DNA from: a virus
Taxonomy: Duplodnaviria > Heunggongvirae > Uroviricota > Caudoviricetes
Length of the DNA: 64,000 bases
Virus record (IMG/VR): IMGVR_UViG_3300026980_000004
Direction: 5' to 3' (one strand)
Each line of letters starts with the position of its first letter. Within the stretch, counting starts at the first letter, position 1. The notes under the pieces are model-generated. The model worked only from the letters and a program-made list of their open reading frames with translations, searched no databases and had not been told where the DNA came from. The position numbers and the translations under genes are program-made. Below are positions 46,113 to 57,420 of this stretch, piece by piece.

Positions 46113-46844
46113 ATAATTACCATTAACATCAAATAATGTACCCGTAGGATATTGTGGTTTTTTATTTTCTGTCTTATCTAGTTTATTAATATTATTTACG
46201 AATATTTCGTCAATATACTCAAATGGGTTTATAAATGATTTTATAAATTCGTATGTATTATTATTTGTATTAATTTTAATATCAAAATAAAAAATATCTT
46301 GATTATCTTTTGAATTATTTCTATCATAAAAAATTGAAACTTTTCCAGTTTTAGCATTATAAAACTTAAAGTTTGCATAAAGTATTTGGTTATTAACTAA
46401 ATTTGTACTATTTGATAAATATATATTATTAAATTCATAATATTTTATATTTGGTTGGATTATAAAATTAGATTTATTTTTGTTAGGAAATAAATATATT
46501 GGTATATAAGAACTATGTAATAAATTTTGATTACTAACATTTCTAGTATCAAATATTTGAATTAGAATATATGAAAATCTATAGTTTTTATTTGATAATG
46601 TGATTTCTTCATTTGTAAACCCAGCGTTTGTAAAATTATTAGAATATCCATTATTAAAAAAATTAAGTGTTATATCAACATCCTTGATTAATTTAAATTT
46701 TTTTATTTCATTATCGATAAAATTATTATCATTAACAACCTCATTTGGTTGAGATTGATTAATCTCATTAAGATAATCAATATTATTATCTAGTTTAATT
46801 GAAATATTGTTAACTCGATTGGTTAATAGCTTATATTTTAGCAT
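46098..46844 (-). CDS. putative structural protein
   Basis: in late operon in the tail region. Confidence 0.7.
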   Translation of the reverse strand: MLKYKLLTNRVNNISIKLDNNIDYLNEINQSQPNEVVNDNNFIDNEIKKFKLIKDVDITLNFFNNGYSNNFTNAGFTNEEITLSNKNYRFSYILIQIFDTRNVSNQNLLHSSYIPIYLFPNKNKSNFIIQPNIKYYEFNNIYLSNSTNLVNNQILYANFKFYNAKTGKVSIFYDRNNSKDNQDIFYFDIKINTNNNTYEFIKSFINPFEYIDEIFVNNINKLDKTENKKPQYPTGTLFDVNGNYLNNS

Positions 46845-47968
46845 TTTGTATCTGGATTTTCGTTTAGAATAAATAGATCATTTTCAAATCCACTTATATT
46901 CATTTTATTGAAAATATTAAATGTCTGTATGTTTGTTAAATCAGGTCTAATTGCTAATATGTTATTGGTATATACATAATGTGTATTATTAACAAAAGGA
47001 TGATTCACGCCCAAGTTAGTAACTGGATCTACAAAACCATGTGGTAATAGTTCTTTCCATATTACATTACCTTGATTTGGGTTTCCAACAAATTTTGCAT
47101 AATATGGTATATTTATAATATTTTTTGTATTACCATTTACATTACCAGAATAAACAGTATCATTATAATCTCTTAACTTTATTCTTATAAACGGATTATA
47201 TTTGAATTGTAGCTGTTTATTATTAAATGTATATCTTATTCTATATTCTTGTTGGTTTATAATATTCTCATCAAACTGATCATTTTCTCTTTTAATCAGA
47301 TTCGAAATTATCAAATCATTTAATTCATATGTTGTATTTGAATTTCTACTTATAGTCACAGATTTATTCTCGCTTGATGTTGCATTGAAATCTTTACTTA
47401 ATAAAATTTCATTTTTTGTTGTATCCAATTGATAATCAAAAAATAAAAATAATTCTGTAATCGGTTTATTAAAATAATCGTATTGATCTTTAACATCGAT
47501 ATCAATATTATAATTAAATAGGTATATTTGTTCATTAAAAATATTTTTTGAAAATGCACAATTATATAAATTTATATCATCAAGTAATCCAATAACTTCA
47601 TATCTTTCTTTATATAAATCATTTCCTAAGTCAGTATATGAATCAGATTTTTTTAATAAATATACTTTAAAACTATTAAAAATATTTTTAGGATTACTAC
47701 CACCATCATATCTATAAAAAAAATCATTAATTTCAGTATAGGTACTTTTTAAGTTATTTAATATAGATAAATAATTGATACTTCCAATTAATCTATATTT
47801 ATAGGAATTTTCTCTTTCAATATTAAATAAATTAGATAATTCAATATTTGTTGTTACATCTTCATTTGATATGAATTTATTTTTATTATTCAATTCAAAT
47901 TGTTTAAAATAGTCAACGGATGGTGCGTTTGAAAATCTACTGGTTGATAATATTATTTTTTCACTCAT
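46838..47968 (-). CDS. putative structural protein
   Basis: 376 aa in late operon. Confidence 0.75.
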   Translation of the reverse strand: MSEKIILSTSRFSNAPSVDYFKQFELNNKNKFISNEDVTTNIELSNLFNIERENSYKYRLIGSINYLSILNNLKSTYTEINDFFYRYDGGSNPKNIFNSFKVYLLKKSDSYTDLGNDLYKERYEVIGLLDDINLYNCAFSKNIFNEQIYLFNYNIDIDVKDQYDYFNKPITELFLFFDYQLDTTKNEILLSKDFNATSSENKSVTISRNSNTTYELNDLIISNLIKRENDQFDENIINQQEYRIRYTFNNKQLQFKYNPFIRIKLRDYNDTVYSGNVNGNTKNIINIPYYAKFVGNPNQGNVIWKELLPHGFVDPVTNLGVNHPFVNNTHYVYTNNILAIRPDLTNIQTFNIFNKMNISGFENDLFILNENPDTKC

Positions 47969-47969
47969 A

Positions 47970-50063
47970 TTATATCAAATTTAAATTAATTAAATATTGA
48001 ATCGAATCACTCTGATTTAATCCTTTATATATAAAAGCACCCTTATTGTTTGTATAATCTCTTGCTATTATATTACCCCCCTCATTTGATTCTATTTGTT
48101 GTATTAATGTATCATTAGACCCATATTTATATATACTACTAGGATTTAGTTCATCATCAATTGACCTAAATACCTTTTTACTATCTGTACTCATTTTTAT
48201 AATATCATCTCTTTTTATATTAATAAAATCAAAATAGTGAAATTTTGCAGTTAGAAATCCTTTTGAATTAAATCTTCCACCACCCAGATTTTGTGAATTA
48301 TCTGTTAAAAAATGCATTGTCGAACTTCTAGACCCTTCAACCAATGTTCTAGCAGCCCTTACCCTATTTCCAGCAGCTCTATCACTTGCTGCAAATTGAA
48401 TCTGAAATAATGACATATTTAACCATTGTGAACCAAAATATTTATCAGGTAATGCATCACCAGTATTATGTGGAAAATCTGTTGTTGTTACAAATGAACC
48501 TGTATTTTCTACATCATCAATAAACAACTCTGTTGACTGTATAATTCCGAGTGTATTATTTTTTGGTCGATTTAATTGTGAGTTAATTAATTCATTACCG
48601 TCAAAACCATATGCAACTGTTAAAAACTGAGCAACACTGTAATATTCGCCCGCTTTAAATTTTCTATTCTTCTTTATCCATCTTATATTATTAGGAGAAT
48701 TCTGAACGGTTAAAAAATCACCTTCTAAGCCATGATCTTGTGGTATCTTAAACTTACCCCTTAATTTAATGAAAGGTCCTCTACTACGCTCTAATGCACT
48801 CCTATCGGTACTTCCGCCTATTGGTAGATCTTCTGAATCCATTAAAAAATATCCATTAAACTCACTGAATATTCCGTTTGGGTTATTATCGGATACCTCT
48901 TCAGAATCTCCAAATTCATTTGTAATGATTTTTTTTCTGTTACATTGTAATACATATGCGAATTGCCCATTATCCACATGTTCAATATATTCATTATTGG
49001 ATAATCGTATAATATCATTATTAATATCAAAATCCCCAGATAATATTTTATCATCACTAACAGTATTCCTTATTGTATATATTTCAGCTTTTGGTATTGG
49101 TAATCTAAAGTTTTTAGCTAAATATCCAGAACTATTATCATCATTTATTGAATAAAAAAGACATTGATTATCTTGAAAAATATCTCCACAATTATCTGAT
49201 TTAGAAATACCCCATAAACCCTCTTCACCCATTGTTGTCATAGACCCAAAAACAGTGAAGGTTGGTATTATTTTAGTTTTTATTTTAAAATCTTGTCTTG
49301 TTATCCCAATTTCAAAATTTTCACTATCACCCCAAAATGGTCTAACATCAACTGCAACATTCTGTATTTGAACATTTGGTAAATCATCTAAATCGGTGGT
49401 TTTAATAATTTTTGTACCATTCTGATCAAATAGGTCTGGTGATGCACCTAAAAGTTTAACGATCGTACTTGGTGTCATTGAATATTTTCCAATATCTGTA
49501 ATATCTGCAGACATGTGTAATATGTGTCTACCAACAGGTACACCAAATATCATATAATCACCCGATTCATTTGTAACTGTACTATATTTATAATATTTTT
49601 TATATACATCAAACAATAAATCGTTTGTTATTATTTCTTCCTTTGTTGGAAATGTACCAACTGGTGTTTTAGGTGTATATCCTATATTGAATTCATTTTT
49701 AAAATTAGATATATATGGACTTATTTGACTAACCCTTGGTAATAAATTATATTTATATCCTTCAAGATTTACATCTTCAGGTGTTTTATATGGATATATT
49801 GCTCTAATATCATCATTTAATTCATCCTCATCACTCAATGGAATAAAAACAGATATTTTAACATTTGGTACTCCAACACCACCATTTGCAATAACTCTAC
49901 CAGTAATACATCCATAGTCAGCATTAAAAACACTATAACTATCTGATTGTGTTAATTTTAAAGATAAAATATTAATAAAATCAAATTCTTGTTCCAATTT
50001 AAAATTAATATATTTATTATTTAAACCAATGTCGGTGTTTATTCTAATTTCTTTATAATCCAT
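47970..50063 (-). CDS. putative baseplate/structural protein with carboxypeptidase-regulatory-like domain
   Basis: GCITGRVIANGGVGVPNVKISVF...TNESGDYMIFGVPVG; late motif at 50078. Confidence 0.75.
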   Translation of the reverse strand: MDYKEIRINTDIGLNNKYINFKLEQEFDFINILSLKLTQSDSYSVFNADYGCITGRVIANGGVGVPNVKISVFIPLSDEDELNDDIRAIYPYKTPEDVNLEGYKYNLLPRVSQISPYISNFKNEFNIGYTPKTPVGTFPTKEEIITNDLLFDVYKKYYKYSTVTNESGDYMIFGVPVGRHILHMSADITDIGKYSMTPSTIVKLLGASPDLFDQNGTKIIKTTDLDDLPNVQIQNVAVDVRPFWGDSENFEIGITRQDFKIKTKIIPTFTVFGSMTTMGEEGLWGISKSDNCGDIFQDNQCLFYSINDDNSSGYLAKNFRLPIPKAEIYTIRNTVSDDKILSGDFDINNDIIRLSNNEYIEHVDNGQFAYVLQCNRKKIITNEFGDSEEVSDNNPNGIFSEFNGYFLMDSEDLPIGGSTDRSALERSRGPFIKLRGKFKIPQDHGLEGDFLTVQNSPNNIRWIKKNRKFKAGEYYSVAQFLTVAYGFDGNELINSQLNRPKNNTLGIIQSTELFIDDVENTGSFVTTTDFPHNTGDALPDKYFGSQWLNMSLFQIQFAASDRAAGNRVRAARTLVEGSRSSTMHFLTDNSQNLGGGRFNSKGFLTAKFHYFDFINIKRDDIIKMSTDSKKVFRSIDDELNPSSIYKYGSNDTLIQQIESNEGGNIIARDYTNNKGAFIYKGLNQSDSIQYLINLNLI

Positions 50064-50169
50064 AAAAAATAATTTCTTATAAATACTAACCAATATGGAT
50101 TTAGGTTATTTTTATAGTATTTATATCTAAACTGCTATTAAATAATATTTAAATAATAAAAAAAACAAC

Positions 50170-52845
50170 ATGTCTGATTTTATTTTCGTTTCCCCTGGCG
50201 TAAAATTTAGGGAAAGAGATTTATCATTTGTTATTAGAAATGTCGGATTAACCACATTGGGTTTGGTTGGTGAAACACAAAAAGGACCAGCCTTTGAACC
50301 GATTTTTGTTTCAGATAAAAATGATTTTAGAAAAAAATTCGGTAGACGATCTATCGAAAAAATAGGTAATAATTTAAAATATCAATTACCATATGCTGCT
50401 GATTCTTATTTATCAGAATCAAATCAATTATATGTAACCAGAGTTCTTGGACTATCAGGATATGATGCTGGTGATGGTTGGGCACTAACAGTTAGTTCAA
50501 ACGTAGATCCAAGTACTTTGGATGATGGTGTTTCTACTACTGGTACAACAACGTTTACAAATTCTACATATCAGGGTACTACAGTTCCATCAGTGACTGG
50601 TGTAACCACAACAATTGAACCAGTTTATACTAGGTCAGGTAATACATTTACAGGTACACAAATTGATTTTGAGGTTACTAGTTTCGATGATCAAACATTA
50701 TCATCTGGTGATATTAGTTTTACTGCGACAACGTTTACTGGTACACCATATACCGATGTTGATGGTTTAGTTGTAGGTATTATTAGATCAAGAGCTAGTT
50801 ATGTGGATGAATCTTTGGTATTTACTGCAACGGGTGTTAGTGTTAGTGAATCTTCTGAAGTTGTAGATGATTTATCCAAACCATTTACTATCACTGCAAC
50901 AGGTGCAACATTAACTGAAGATTATACAGTTTCATTAATCGATACTTCAAGAGATTATATCGTTAACGTTTTGGGTAACAAACCAAAGGGTAAAAATACG
51001 ATGTTATATGTTGAATCTATCTATCCTGAAACAATTAAAAAATTATTAGCCGATAAAAGAATATACGGTTTAAATAGTACATTGGTTAAATTAACAACAA
51101 ATGTATTTTCAGATTATTCAGAACAATATACAACACCAGAAACACCTTGGGTTGTTTCAGAACTAAAAGGTAATGTAGTTGAAAGATTATTCAGATTTGT
51201 ATCAATATCTGATGGTAATTCAGCAAATAAGGAAATTAAAATAACCATTCAAAATATCGATCCGATTACAAAAGAATTTGATGTTGTTATTAGAGATTTT
51301 AATGATACTGATGATAATGTGAGTGTATTAGAATCATTCACAAGATGTTCGTTTAATCCAGCATTGAATAACTTTGTTGGTAAAAGAATTGGTACTATCG
51401 ATGGTGTGTATGAATTAAAAAGTTCATATGTTATGTTGGAACTAAATGATGAAGCATCAATTACATCATTCCCTGCTGGTTTTGAAGGATATTCATTAAG
51501 AAGTTTTTCAGAAACAAATACAGGTTCCAGTACTGCAGTTGCACCGATTATGTTATATAAAACAAATTATGAAAACACAGATAAATTAAGAAAAACATAT
51601 TTGGGTATTAGTGAAAACGCATTTGATTCGGATTCTAATACTGGTTCTAAATTAGATCAGAATATGTTCAATTATTTTGGTAAAATACGTACAGCTGGAT
51701 CATTGATTAAAACAAAAGGATTCCACATGGATTCTGATGCAACAGCTAGTGAATATATAGATGGTTTATACTCTATCGGTTCTTTCGAAGTTGGTAGTGA
51801 TAGTTTTAAAAATTCTACCGATGTTAGTAATGAGAATAATGTATATTTTGATAAGGTTGCAAGAAAATTCACATTTGTACCTTATGGTGGTTTCGATGGT
51901 TGGGATGAGCATAGAACACAAAGAACAAATACTGAATTATATAAAGAGGGTGGTATTTATGGTTCTGCAACAAATGATTACATAGCATATTTAAACGGAA
52001 TTAGAACATTTGATAATCCAGAAGAAATAACAATAAACCTATTTGCAACACCTGGTTTAAATTTCTCAGATCATATTTCATTAGTTAATGAAGCAATCGA
52101 AATGATTGAAGTTGATCGAGGTGATTCATTATATGTTATTGATGCACCAGATTTAACACCAACAAGTGGTTATGCAGAAGATATTGTTGGTTTATTGGAT
52201 ACAACTTCAATAGACTCTAACTATTCGGCAACATTTGGTCCTTGGATTGAAGTTGATGATTCAGACAATGCAACCAGAGTGTTTATACCACCAACTGGTG
52301 AAGTTGTTAAAGCAATCGCATTTACCGATAAAACCAAATTTCCTTGGTTTGCACCAGCTGGATTAACAAGGGGTGCAACTTCAGCCAGAAGAGCCAGAAA
52401 AACTCTTAAAACATCTGAAAGAGATGTTATGTATTCGGGTAGAATTAATCCATTAACAACATTTCCAAATGTTGGTGTTGCAATCTTCGGACAAAAAACA
52501 CTACAAATAAGAGAAAGTTTATTGGATAGAATTAATGTTAGAAGATTGTTACTTGAAGTTAGAAAATTAGTATCAAATATTGCAATACGTTTAGTTTTCG
52601 AACAAAACGATCAGGCTGTTAGAGATGAATTTATTTCAAAAGTAACACCAATTCTTGATAATATCAGAAGAGAAAGAGGTTTATTTGATTTTAGAGTCAT
52701 TATGGATGATACATTAAATACACCAGAATCTGTTGATAGAAATGAATTGTATGGTGAAATATTGTTGAAACCAATCGCAGCTGTAGAATTTATTGGTATT
52801 GGATTTACTATTACACCTAGTGGTGCATCTTTTGATAATATTTAA
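50170..52845 (+). CDS. tail sheath protein
   Basis: FVSPGVKFRERDLS, GETQKGPAF, PWFAPAGLTRG, INP, IFGQKTL, RINVRRLL. Confidence 0.95.
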   Translation: MSDFIFVSPGVKFRERDLSFVIRNVGLTTLGLVGETQKGPAFEPIFVSDKNDFRKKFGRRSIEKIGNNLKYQLPYAADSYLSESNQLYVTRVLGLSGYDAGDGWALTVSSNVDPSTLDDGVSTTGTTTFTNSTYQGTTVPSVTGVTTTIEPVYTRSGNTFTGTQIDFEVTSFDDQTLSSGDISFTATTFTGTPYTDVDGLVVGIIRSRASYVDESLVFTATGVSVSESSEVVDDLSKPFTITATGATLTEDYTVSLIDTSRDYIVNVLGNKPKGKNTMLYVESIYPETIKKLLADKRIYGLNSTLVKLTTNVFSDYSEQYTTPETPWVVSELKGNVVERLFRFVSISDGNSANKEIKITIQNIDPITKEFDVVIRDFNDTDDNVSVLESFTRCSFNPALNNFVGKRIGTIDGVYELKSSYVMLELNDEASITSFPAGFEGYSLRSFSETNTGSSTAVAPIMLYKTNYENTDKLRKTYLGISENAFDSDSNTGSKLDQNMFNYFGKIRTAGSLIKTKGFHMDSDATASEYIDGLYSIGSFEVGSDSFKNSTDVSNENNVYFDKVARKFTFVPYGGFDGWDEHRTQRTNTELYKEGGIYGSATNDYIAYLNGIRTFDNPEEITINLFATPGLNFSDHISLVNEAIEMIEVDRGDSLYVIDAPDLTPTSGYAEDIVGLLDTTSIDSNYSATFGPWIEVDDSDNATRVFIPPTGEVVKAIAFTDKTKFPWFAPAGLTRGATSARRARKTLKTSERDVMYSGRINPLTTFPNVGVAIFGQKTLQIRESLLDRINVRRLLLEVRKLVSNIAIRLVFEQNDQAVRDEFISKVTPILDNIRRERGLFDFRVIMDDTLNTPESVDRNELYGEILLKPIAAVEFIGIGFTITPSGASFDNI

Positions 52846-52852
52846 ATTATTT

Positions 52853-52882
52853 ATGGGTGAGGGTTTATTAATTCTCACCCAT
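52853..52882 (+). terminator. stem-loop between sheath and tube genes
   Basis: ATGGGTGAG...CTCACCCAT; weak U-tract. Confidence 0.55.
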
Positions 52883-52946
52883 CTTTAAAAAAATAATTTA
52901 GTATTTATAATAAATGATTTTAAATTATATATAAAATATAAATAAT

Positions 52947-53432
52947 ATGGCATTACAAATTCCAGTTCCTATTAATTGGGAACCTAAAAGAAATAATAGA
53001 TTTTACCTTGAATTTCCAACAGAGGTTGGTATTGAAGTTTGGAAAGTTAGAGATGTAAAAAGACCTACGATGGATATTAATTCCGTTGAAATACCCTACA
53101 TGAATGAAAGTAATTATGTTGCTGGTAGATATAAGTGGAATCCAATCGAAATTACATTAATTGACCCTATCGCACCCTCAACATCAACACAAGTAATGGA
53201 GTGGGTTAGATTGCATGCCGAATCTTTAACGGGTAGAATGGGTTATGCAATTGGGTATAAAAAGGATTTGATTATTAAAGGGTTAGATCCTTCTGGTGTT
53301 GAAATCGAAAAGTGGTTACTTGAGCAATGTATGATAACAAATGTTGATTTTGGTTCAAATGCGCAAGATGACGATGAATTACAAACGGTTAAAATAACAA
53401 TTCAACCTTATAGATGTATATTAAACTATTAA
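52947..53432 (+). CDS. tail tube protein (T4 gp19-like)
   Basis: EPKRNNRF, RP, YVAGRYKWNPIEITLIDP, EKWLL; follows the sheath gene. Confidence 0.88.
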   Translation: MALQIPVPINWEPKRNNRFYLEFPTEVGIEVWKVRDVKRPTMDINSVEIPYMNESNYVAGRYKWNPIEITLIDPIAPSTSTQVMEWVRLHAESLTGRMGYAIGYKKDLIIKGLDPSGVEIEKWLLEQCMITNVDFGSNAQDDDELQTVKITIQPYRCILNY

Positions 53433-53438
53433 AAAATC

Positions 53439-53468
53439 AAACCCTCATACATTTATGAGGGTTTTTTT
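53439..53468. terminator. bidirectional terminator
   Basis: AAACCCTCATA-CATT-TATGAGGGTTTTTTT between convergent genes. Confidence 0.8.
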
Positions 53469-54230
53469 ATGTTCATTTAACATCGTTTCTACTCTGTGCT
53501 GTAAATCTGGTATTTTTATTATTTCATAACCCTTATTTCCAGAAAAAAACCAAACAATATAACAATCACCTAATTTAATCCCAGTATTTTTTTCAATGAT
53601 ATATTTATATGTATTTAATTGTAATGAATATGTATTAAATTCACAATCATCTAAATCTGAAAATATTCCAGACATTTTTTGAAAATCATTAAATCTGTTT
53701 AATTTTTTATTGGTCTTCCAATCCCATATTTCTAATCTTTTTGATTTTATATTATAAAATAACATATCAACCATCCCAGATACTTTATATTCTTTATCAT
53801 ATACAATATATTCTGGTTTGATTGGTATTAGTCTATTAAAAGAATCATTATAAAATTTAATAAACTGATTTTTTATTAGTGTATAATCTTCATAGATTGG
53901 GTCATATCCAAAATTATTTTCAATTTCTTTTTTTGGATAATAAAATATTTTATTATAATAATAATTCTCAATAAAATTATGTAGTGCAGATCCTTTATAT
54001 GTTGATAATTCATTTAAAAATGTCCAAGCATATTTAACTGATTCAGTACTAACATTATAATCTTGAGCTTTTTTTGGTGCCCAATATTCTTCGTCAAAAT
54101 GTGACGAATATTTATGAATTAATGTTGTAACTGAAGTATATTTCTCATTATCAATAAAATATGAATGAGAATCATCATCAAATTTAATTTCATTAAATGA
54201 ATTAAATAATGTTAATGGTATATTAAACAT
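53445..54230 (-). CDS. PD-(D/E)xK exonuclease
   Basis: YTSVTT, GSALH, E, SGMVD, IWDWKTN, YSLQLNTY. Confidence 0.85.
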   Translation of the reverse strand: MFNIPLTLFNSFNEIKFDDDSHSYFIDNEKYTSVTTLIHKYSSHFDEEYWAPKKAQDYNVSTESVKYAWTFLNELSTYKGSALHNFIENYYYNKIFYYPKKEIENNFGYDPIYEDYTLIKNQFIKFYNDSFNRLIPIKPEYIVYDKEYKVSGMVDMLFYNIKSKRLEIWDWKTNKKLNRFNDFQKMSGIFSDLDDCEFNTYSLQLNTYKYIIEKNTGIKLGDCYIVWFFSGNKGYEIIKIPDLQHRVETMLNEHKKTLINV

Positions 54231-55005
54231 TTTGAATTACATATCCATTAAATGAGACAATAATATAATTTGATTGTTTATTATTTCCGATAATATCTTT
54301 AACAATATAGCTATATTTTTTACCATAGTTTGTAACAAAACTAAGTCCGTTTAATGATTCGAAATCGGATATCATTTGTTCAATTGGATATTCATCCATG
54401 ATATAAAAATCTAAAATTCTACCATTTCCATTTGTGATATGTGATTTTAATGTATCTGTATATAATTCAATTCTATTATTAACAAACCTATCATAACTAC
54501 ATTTAATTGTTGTATTATATGAATTAGAGTTAGGATTTGTATCGTACTGATCTTTTAAGAAAACATTATTTTTGATTGTAACTTCAACTGGTTTTGTTGT
54601 ATTATTTATTTCTCTTTTATTAAAAGACTTACTATTATTTAAATATCTATATATGTCTGAATTATTCCCATCTTCAGTTAACAACATTCCATGATTTTCA
54701 AGTATTGATTGTATTTCACTCTTACTTGTATTTTGCATAAAAAACTCAGCCTTTTCAAGAATGTTATAATAATGTTTAACATATTGTTCATTCATTTCAC
54801 CTCTTTTCATTGAGGCTAGTAAATTACTTTTTATATTATTTATTTGCATCTTATCACCACTGTTACCAGTCTCATCATTATTTTTTAAAAGATTGTTTTC
54901 AACTTTTGACATTCCAACAGATGCGTTAACCAATACTCCAATTAAAGCATTTTTAATCTCATTTGGTGCATTTTTTATATATTCAATTAATTTATTATTA
55001 TCCAT
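54223..55005 (-). CDS. hypothetical protein, paralog of 55308..55985
   Basis: SKVENNLLKN...GEMNEQYVKHYYNILEKA. Confidence 0.75.
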   Translation of the reverse strand: MDNNKLIEYIKNAPNEIKNALIGVLVNASVGMSKVENNLLKNNDETGNSGDKMQINNIKSNLLASMKRGEMNEQYVKHYYNILEKAEFFMQNTSKSEIQSILENHGMLLTEDGNNSDIYRYLNNSKSFNKREINNTTKPVEVTIKNNVFLKDQYDTNPNSNSYNTTIKCSYDRFVNNRIELYTDTLKSHITNGNGRILDFYIMDEYPIEQMISDFESLNGLSFVTNYGKKYSYIVKDIIGNNKQSNYIIVSFNGYVIQNV

Positions 55006-55008
55006 ATC

Positions 55009-55305
55009 TTATTCTGTTATGTTATATAATACTAATAGTTCATTACTTTTATGGTTTATTGTAATATAACTTAATTTTGTATTATAGTTTAAATTATTTA
55101 TTATTATCTTATTCGTATATAAAATATCAATATATTTACAATCATCAAAACAATTTTTATAATTATTTAAATAAAAAACACATAAAATATCATTCTCAAC
55201 ATTAAATATTTCTTTGATATGTATTCCATCGATAAAATCATAATATTTTTTATTATGATAGATTGTCAAGTTATCGATATTATCGAATGGTTGATAATTT
55301 TTCAT
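55009..55305 (-). CDS. hypothetical protein
   Basis: 98 aa ORF. Confidence 0.6.
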   Translation of the reverse strand: MKNYQPFDNIDNLTIYHNKKYYDFIDGIHIKEIFNVENDILCVFYLNNYKNCFDDCKYIDILYTNKIIINNLNYNTKLSYITINHKSNELLVLYNITE

Positions 55306-55307
55306 AT

Positions 55308-55985
55308 TTATTTTAGTTTTGCTTTAAATTTAAACACATTATAATAATTAAATTTTGTTTTTTTATAAAATTCTAAATTATAAAATTCTATTTTATCCCC
55401 ATATTTATCAATATAATATATATTTTTTAGATTTTTAACTTCATGTTCGAATGAAATTGAATCATGGATCATGTTCACATAAAATTCTAATAAATAAACA
55501 TCTGAATCTTTATATTGTTTTGTATGTAAATAATCACATATTTCTTCAATTTTAAATATTCTATCTTTATCTCTCGATTTTAATGTCGTTGTTTTTATTG
55601 CTGTAGATCCAAATAACACATCTTCGGCATTTTTAATCTCAACTTTATTTGTTATCATATCAACAATTTTAACATCTTTTGAATCTTCCATATTTGTTTT
55701 TTTATAAAAATCTTCATCTTTAAAATCATAACGATCATATGATATTTTATCTGCCATTTTTAAAATCTTATAAAATTTTTGAACATATTCTTTATTATAT
55801 TCACCATTATATAATGATTTTAAAATATCATTTTCAATATTTCTAATTTCATTTGAATTCCCAGTATGATCATTATCATTTGTATTTTTTATTAAATTTT
55901 TTTCAACTTTAGATGCCGATAATGATAATCTAATAAAAAAAGAAATAAATATATTTTTTATTTTAGTATATAAAATTTTAAACAT
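55308..55985 (-). CDS. hypothetical protein, paralog of 54223..55005
   Basis: SKVEKNLIKN...GEYNKEYVQKFYKILKMA. Confidence 0.75.
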   Translation of the reverse strand: MFKILYTKIKNIFISFFIRLSLSASKVEKNLIKNTNDNDHTGNSNEIRNIENDILKSLYNGEYNKEYVQKFYKILKMADKISYDRYDFKDEDFYKKTNMEDSKDVKIVDMITNKVEIKNAEDVLFGSTAIKTTTLKSRDKDRIFKIEEICDYLHTKQYKDSDVYLLEFYVNMIHDSISFEHEVKNLKNIYYIDKYGDKIEFYNLEFYKKTKFNYYNVFKFKAKLK

Positions 55986-57351
55986 ATACGGTATTATTAA
56001 CAATCATTTTATATAAATCTGCTCTTGATTTTGTTACATTAATTAAATTATATTTATTATTAAAATCATTATATAAATTATTTCCTAATTCTTTTCTCAA
56101 ATCAGAATCTAAAATTAGTTTTTTTAGGGCTTTTGCCCAATCTTTTTCTTGGTTTTTTTTATGTTTAATTAATATACAATTAGAATTATTACCATCAACA
56201 TTATATGGTACAACATCAGAACAAACAATTGGTAATTTTCTTGTTGAAGCCTCTAATTGTTTTAGATTAGATTTCATATTATTAAATTTTGTATCTAATA
56301 ATGGGGCTATTAAGATATCTGTTTCATCTAATATTTTTGCATATTCATTTGGCTTACAGGTCCATCTTCTTATATATTGAACATCATCTTCATTAACATA
56401 TTTATCTTTAACAAATTTATTTAAATAATTAAAGTATTCTTGATTATCATTAATTAAATTATAATTATCAGTTAGAATATTTTCATATTTATAATAAACA
56501 GATTCATTTGGTTTTATATTTCTTTTTGTAACCTTAAATATACCATTTTTAAAAATATCTTTCACATTTTGTGGTATTTCTTTAATTTTATTAATATCAC
56601 CATTGTATTTTTTAACCTGATTCATGATATTATTATTATATAAATTAAGCATTTTGAGGATTTTAATAAAATCAGGGTTAATTTGTTTTTCATCAATAGT
56701 CCCATTTGTATCAAATCCACCCAATACAATTTTAAACTTATTTTTAATAGTATTATCAGATTTTAAAATATTTGTTACACCCCTTAATATTTCTAAATCA
56801 TATAAATGTGATGACCCACCAATATATGTAATATTAACAACTTTTCTATCAAATTTATTATTATCTCTAAATTGTGGTTGCTGTTCTGGATTTACTGAAT
56901 TAAATAATACAAATACATTTGGGTTATATTTTTCAATTTCTCTTTTAAAAACTTCTGTTGTTGTAGTAACATAATCGGAATCTTTTATGTTTTGTATTGT
57001 ATTTTCTTTTAAACCCAAATTTATCGAATGTAAATATAATGGATGTGTTCTATCCAATTCCCAATAATCATCAATATCCAATATTAATTTAATTCCTTTA
57101 GATTTTAAATCTTTCATAATTTCAGCATTTAATGCTGTATTATTTACAAAAGTTCTATGATAATGAATAATATCATAATTTGATAATTCTTCTACTATTT
57201 CATCTTTCGTCTTACCCTTTAGATTATTTTTGATATTTACATTAAAAACATCTGAAAATTGATTATTTAATTCAACGGCAGGTGTTTCGGTTCTAAAATA
57301 ATTAACACCACCCTTATCCTTGTTAAAGAATAAAATTCTAATTGTATTCAT
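55978..57351 (-). CDS. GT-B glycosyltransferase
   Basis: GGVNYFR, LDIDDYW, GGSSH..DL, DILIAPL...FN..KSNLKQLEA...PIVCSDV.PY. Confidence 0.88.
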   Translation of the reverse strand: MNTIRILFFNKDKGGVNYFRTETPAVELNNQFSDVFNVNIKNNLKGKTKDEIVEELSNYDIIHYHRTFVNNTALNAEIMKDLKSKGIKLILDIDDYWELDRTHPLYLHSINLGLKENTIQNIKDSDYVTTTTEVFKREIEKYNPNVFVLFNSVNPEQQPQFRDNNKFDRKVVNITYIGGSSHLYDLEILRGVTNILKSDNTIKNKFKIVLGGFDTNGTIDEKQINPDFIKILKMLNLYNNNIMNQVKKYNGDINKIKEIPQNVKDIFKNGIFKVTKRNIKPNESVYYKYENILTDNYNLINDNQEYFNYLNKFVKDKYVNEDDVQYIRRWTCKPNEYAKILDETDILIAPLLDTKFNNMKSNLKQLEASTRKLPIVCSDVVPYNVDGNNSNCILIKHKKNQEKDWAKALKKLILDSDLRKELGNNLYNDFNNKYNLINVTKSRADLYKMIVNNTVYV

Positions 57352-57420
57352 ATATAAAAGTATATTTTATTATAAATACAAATATAATATAAAAAAGTAT
57401 AAAAAACTATAAATTATTTT

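Noticed and set aside
53445-54230. Cas4 / CRISPR adaptation gene
   Set aside because: It has a PD-(D/E)xK core but not the four-cysteine Fe-S pattern, and no array is nearby.
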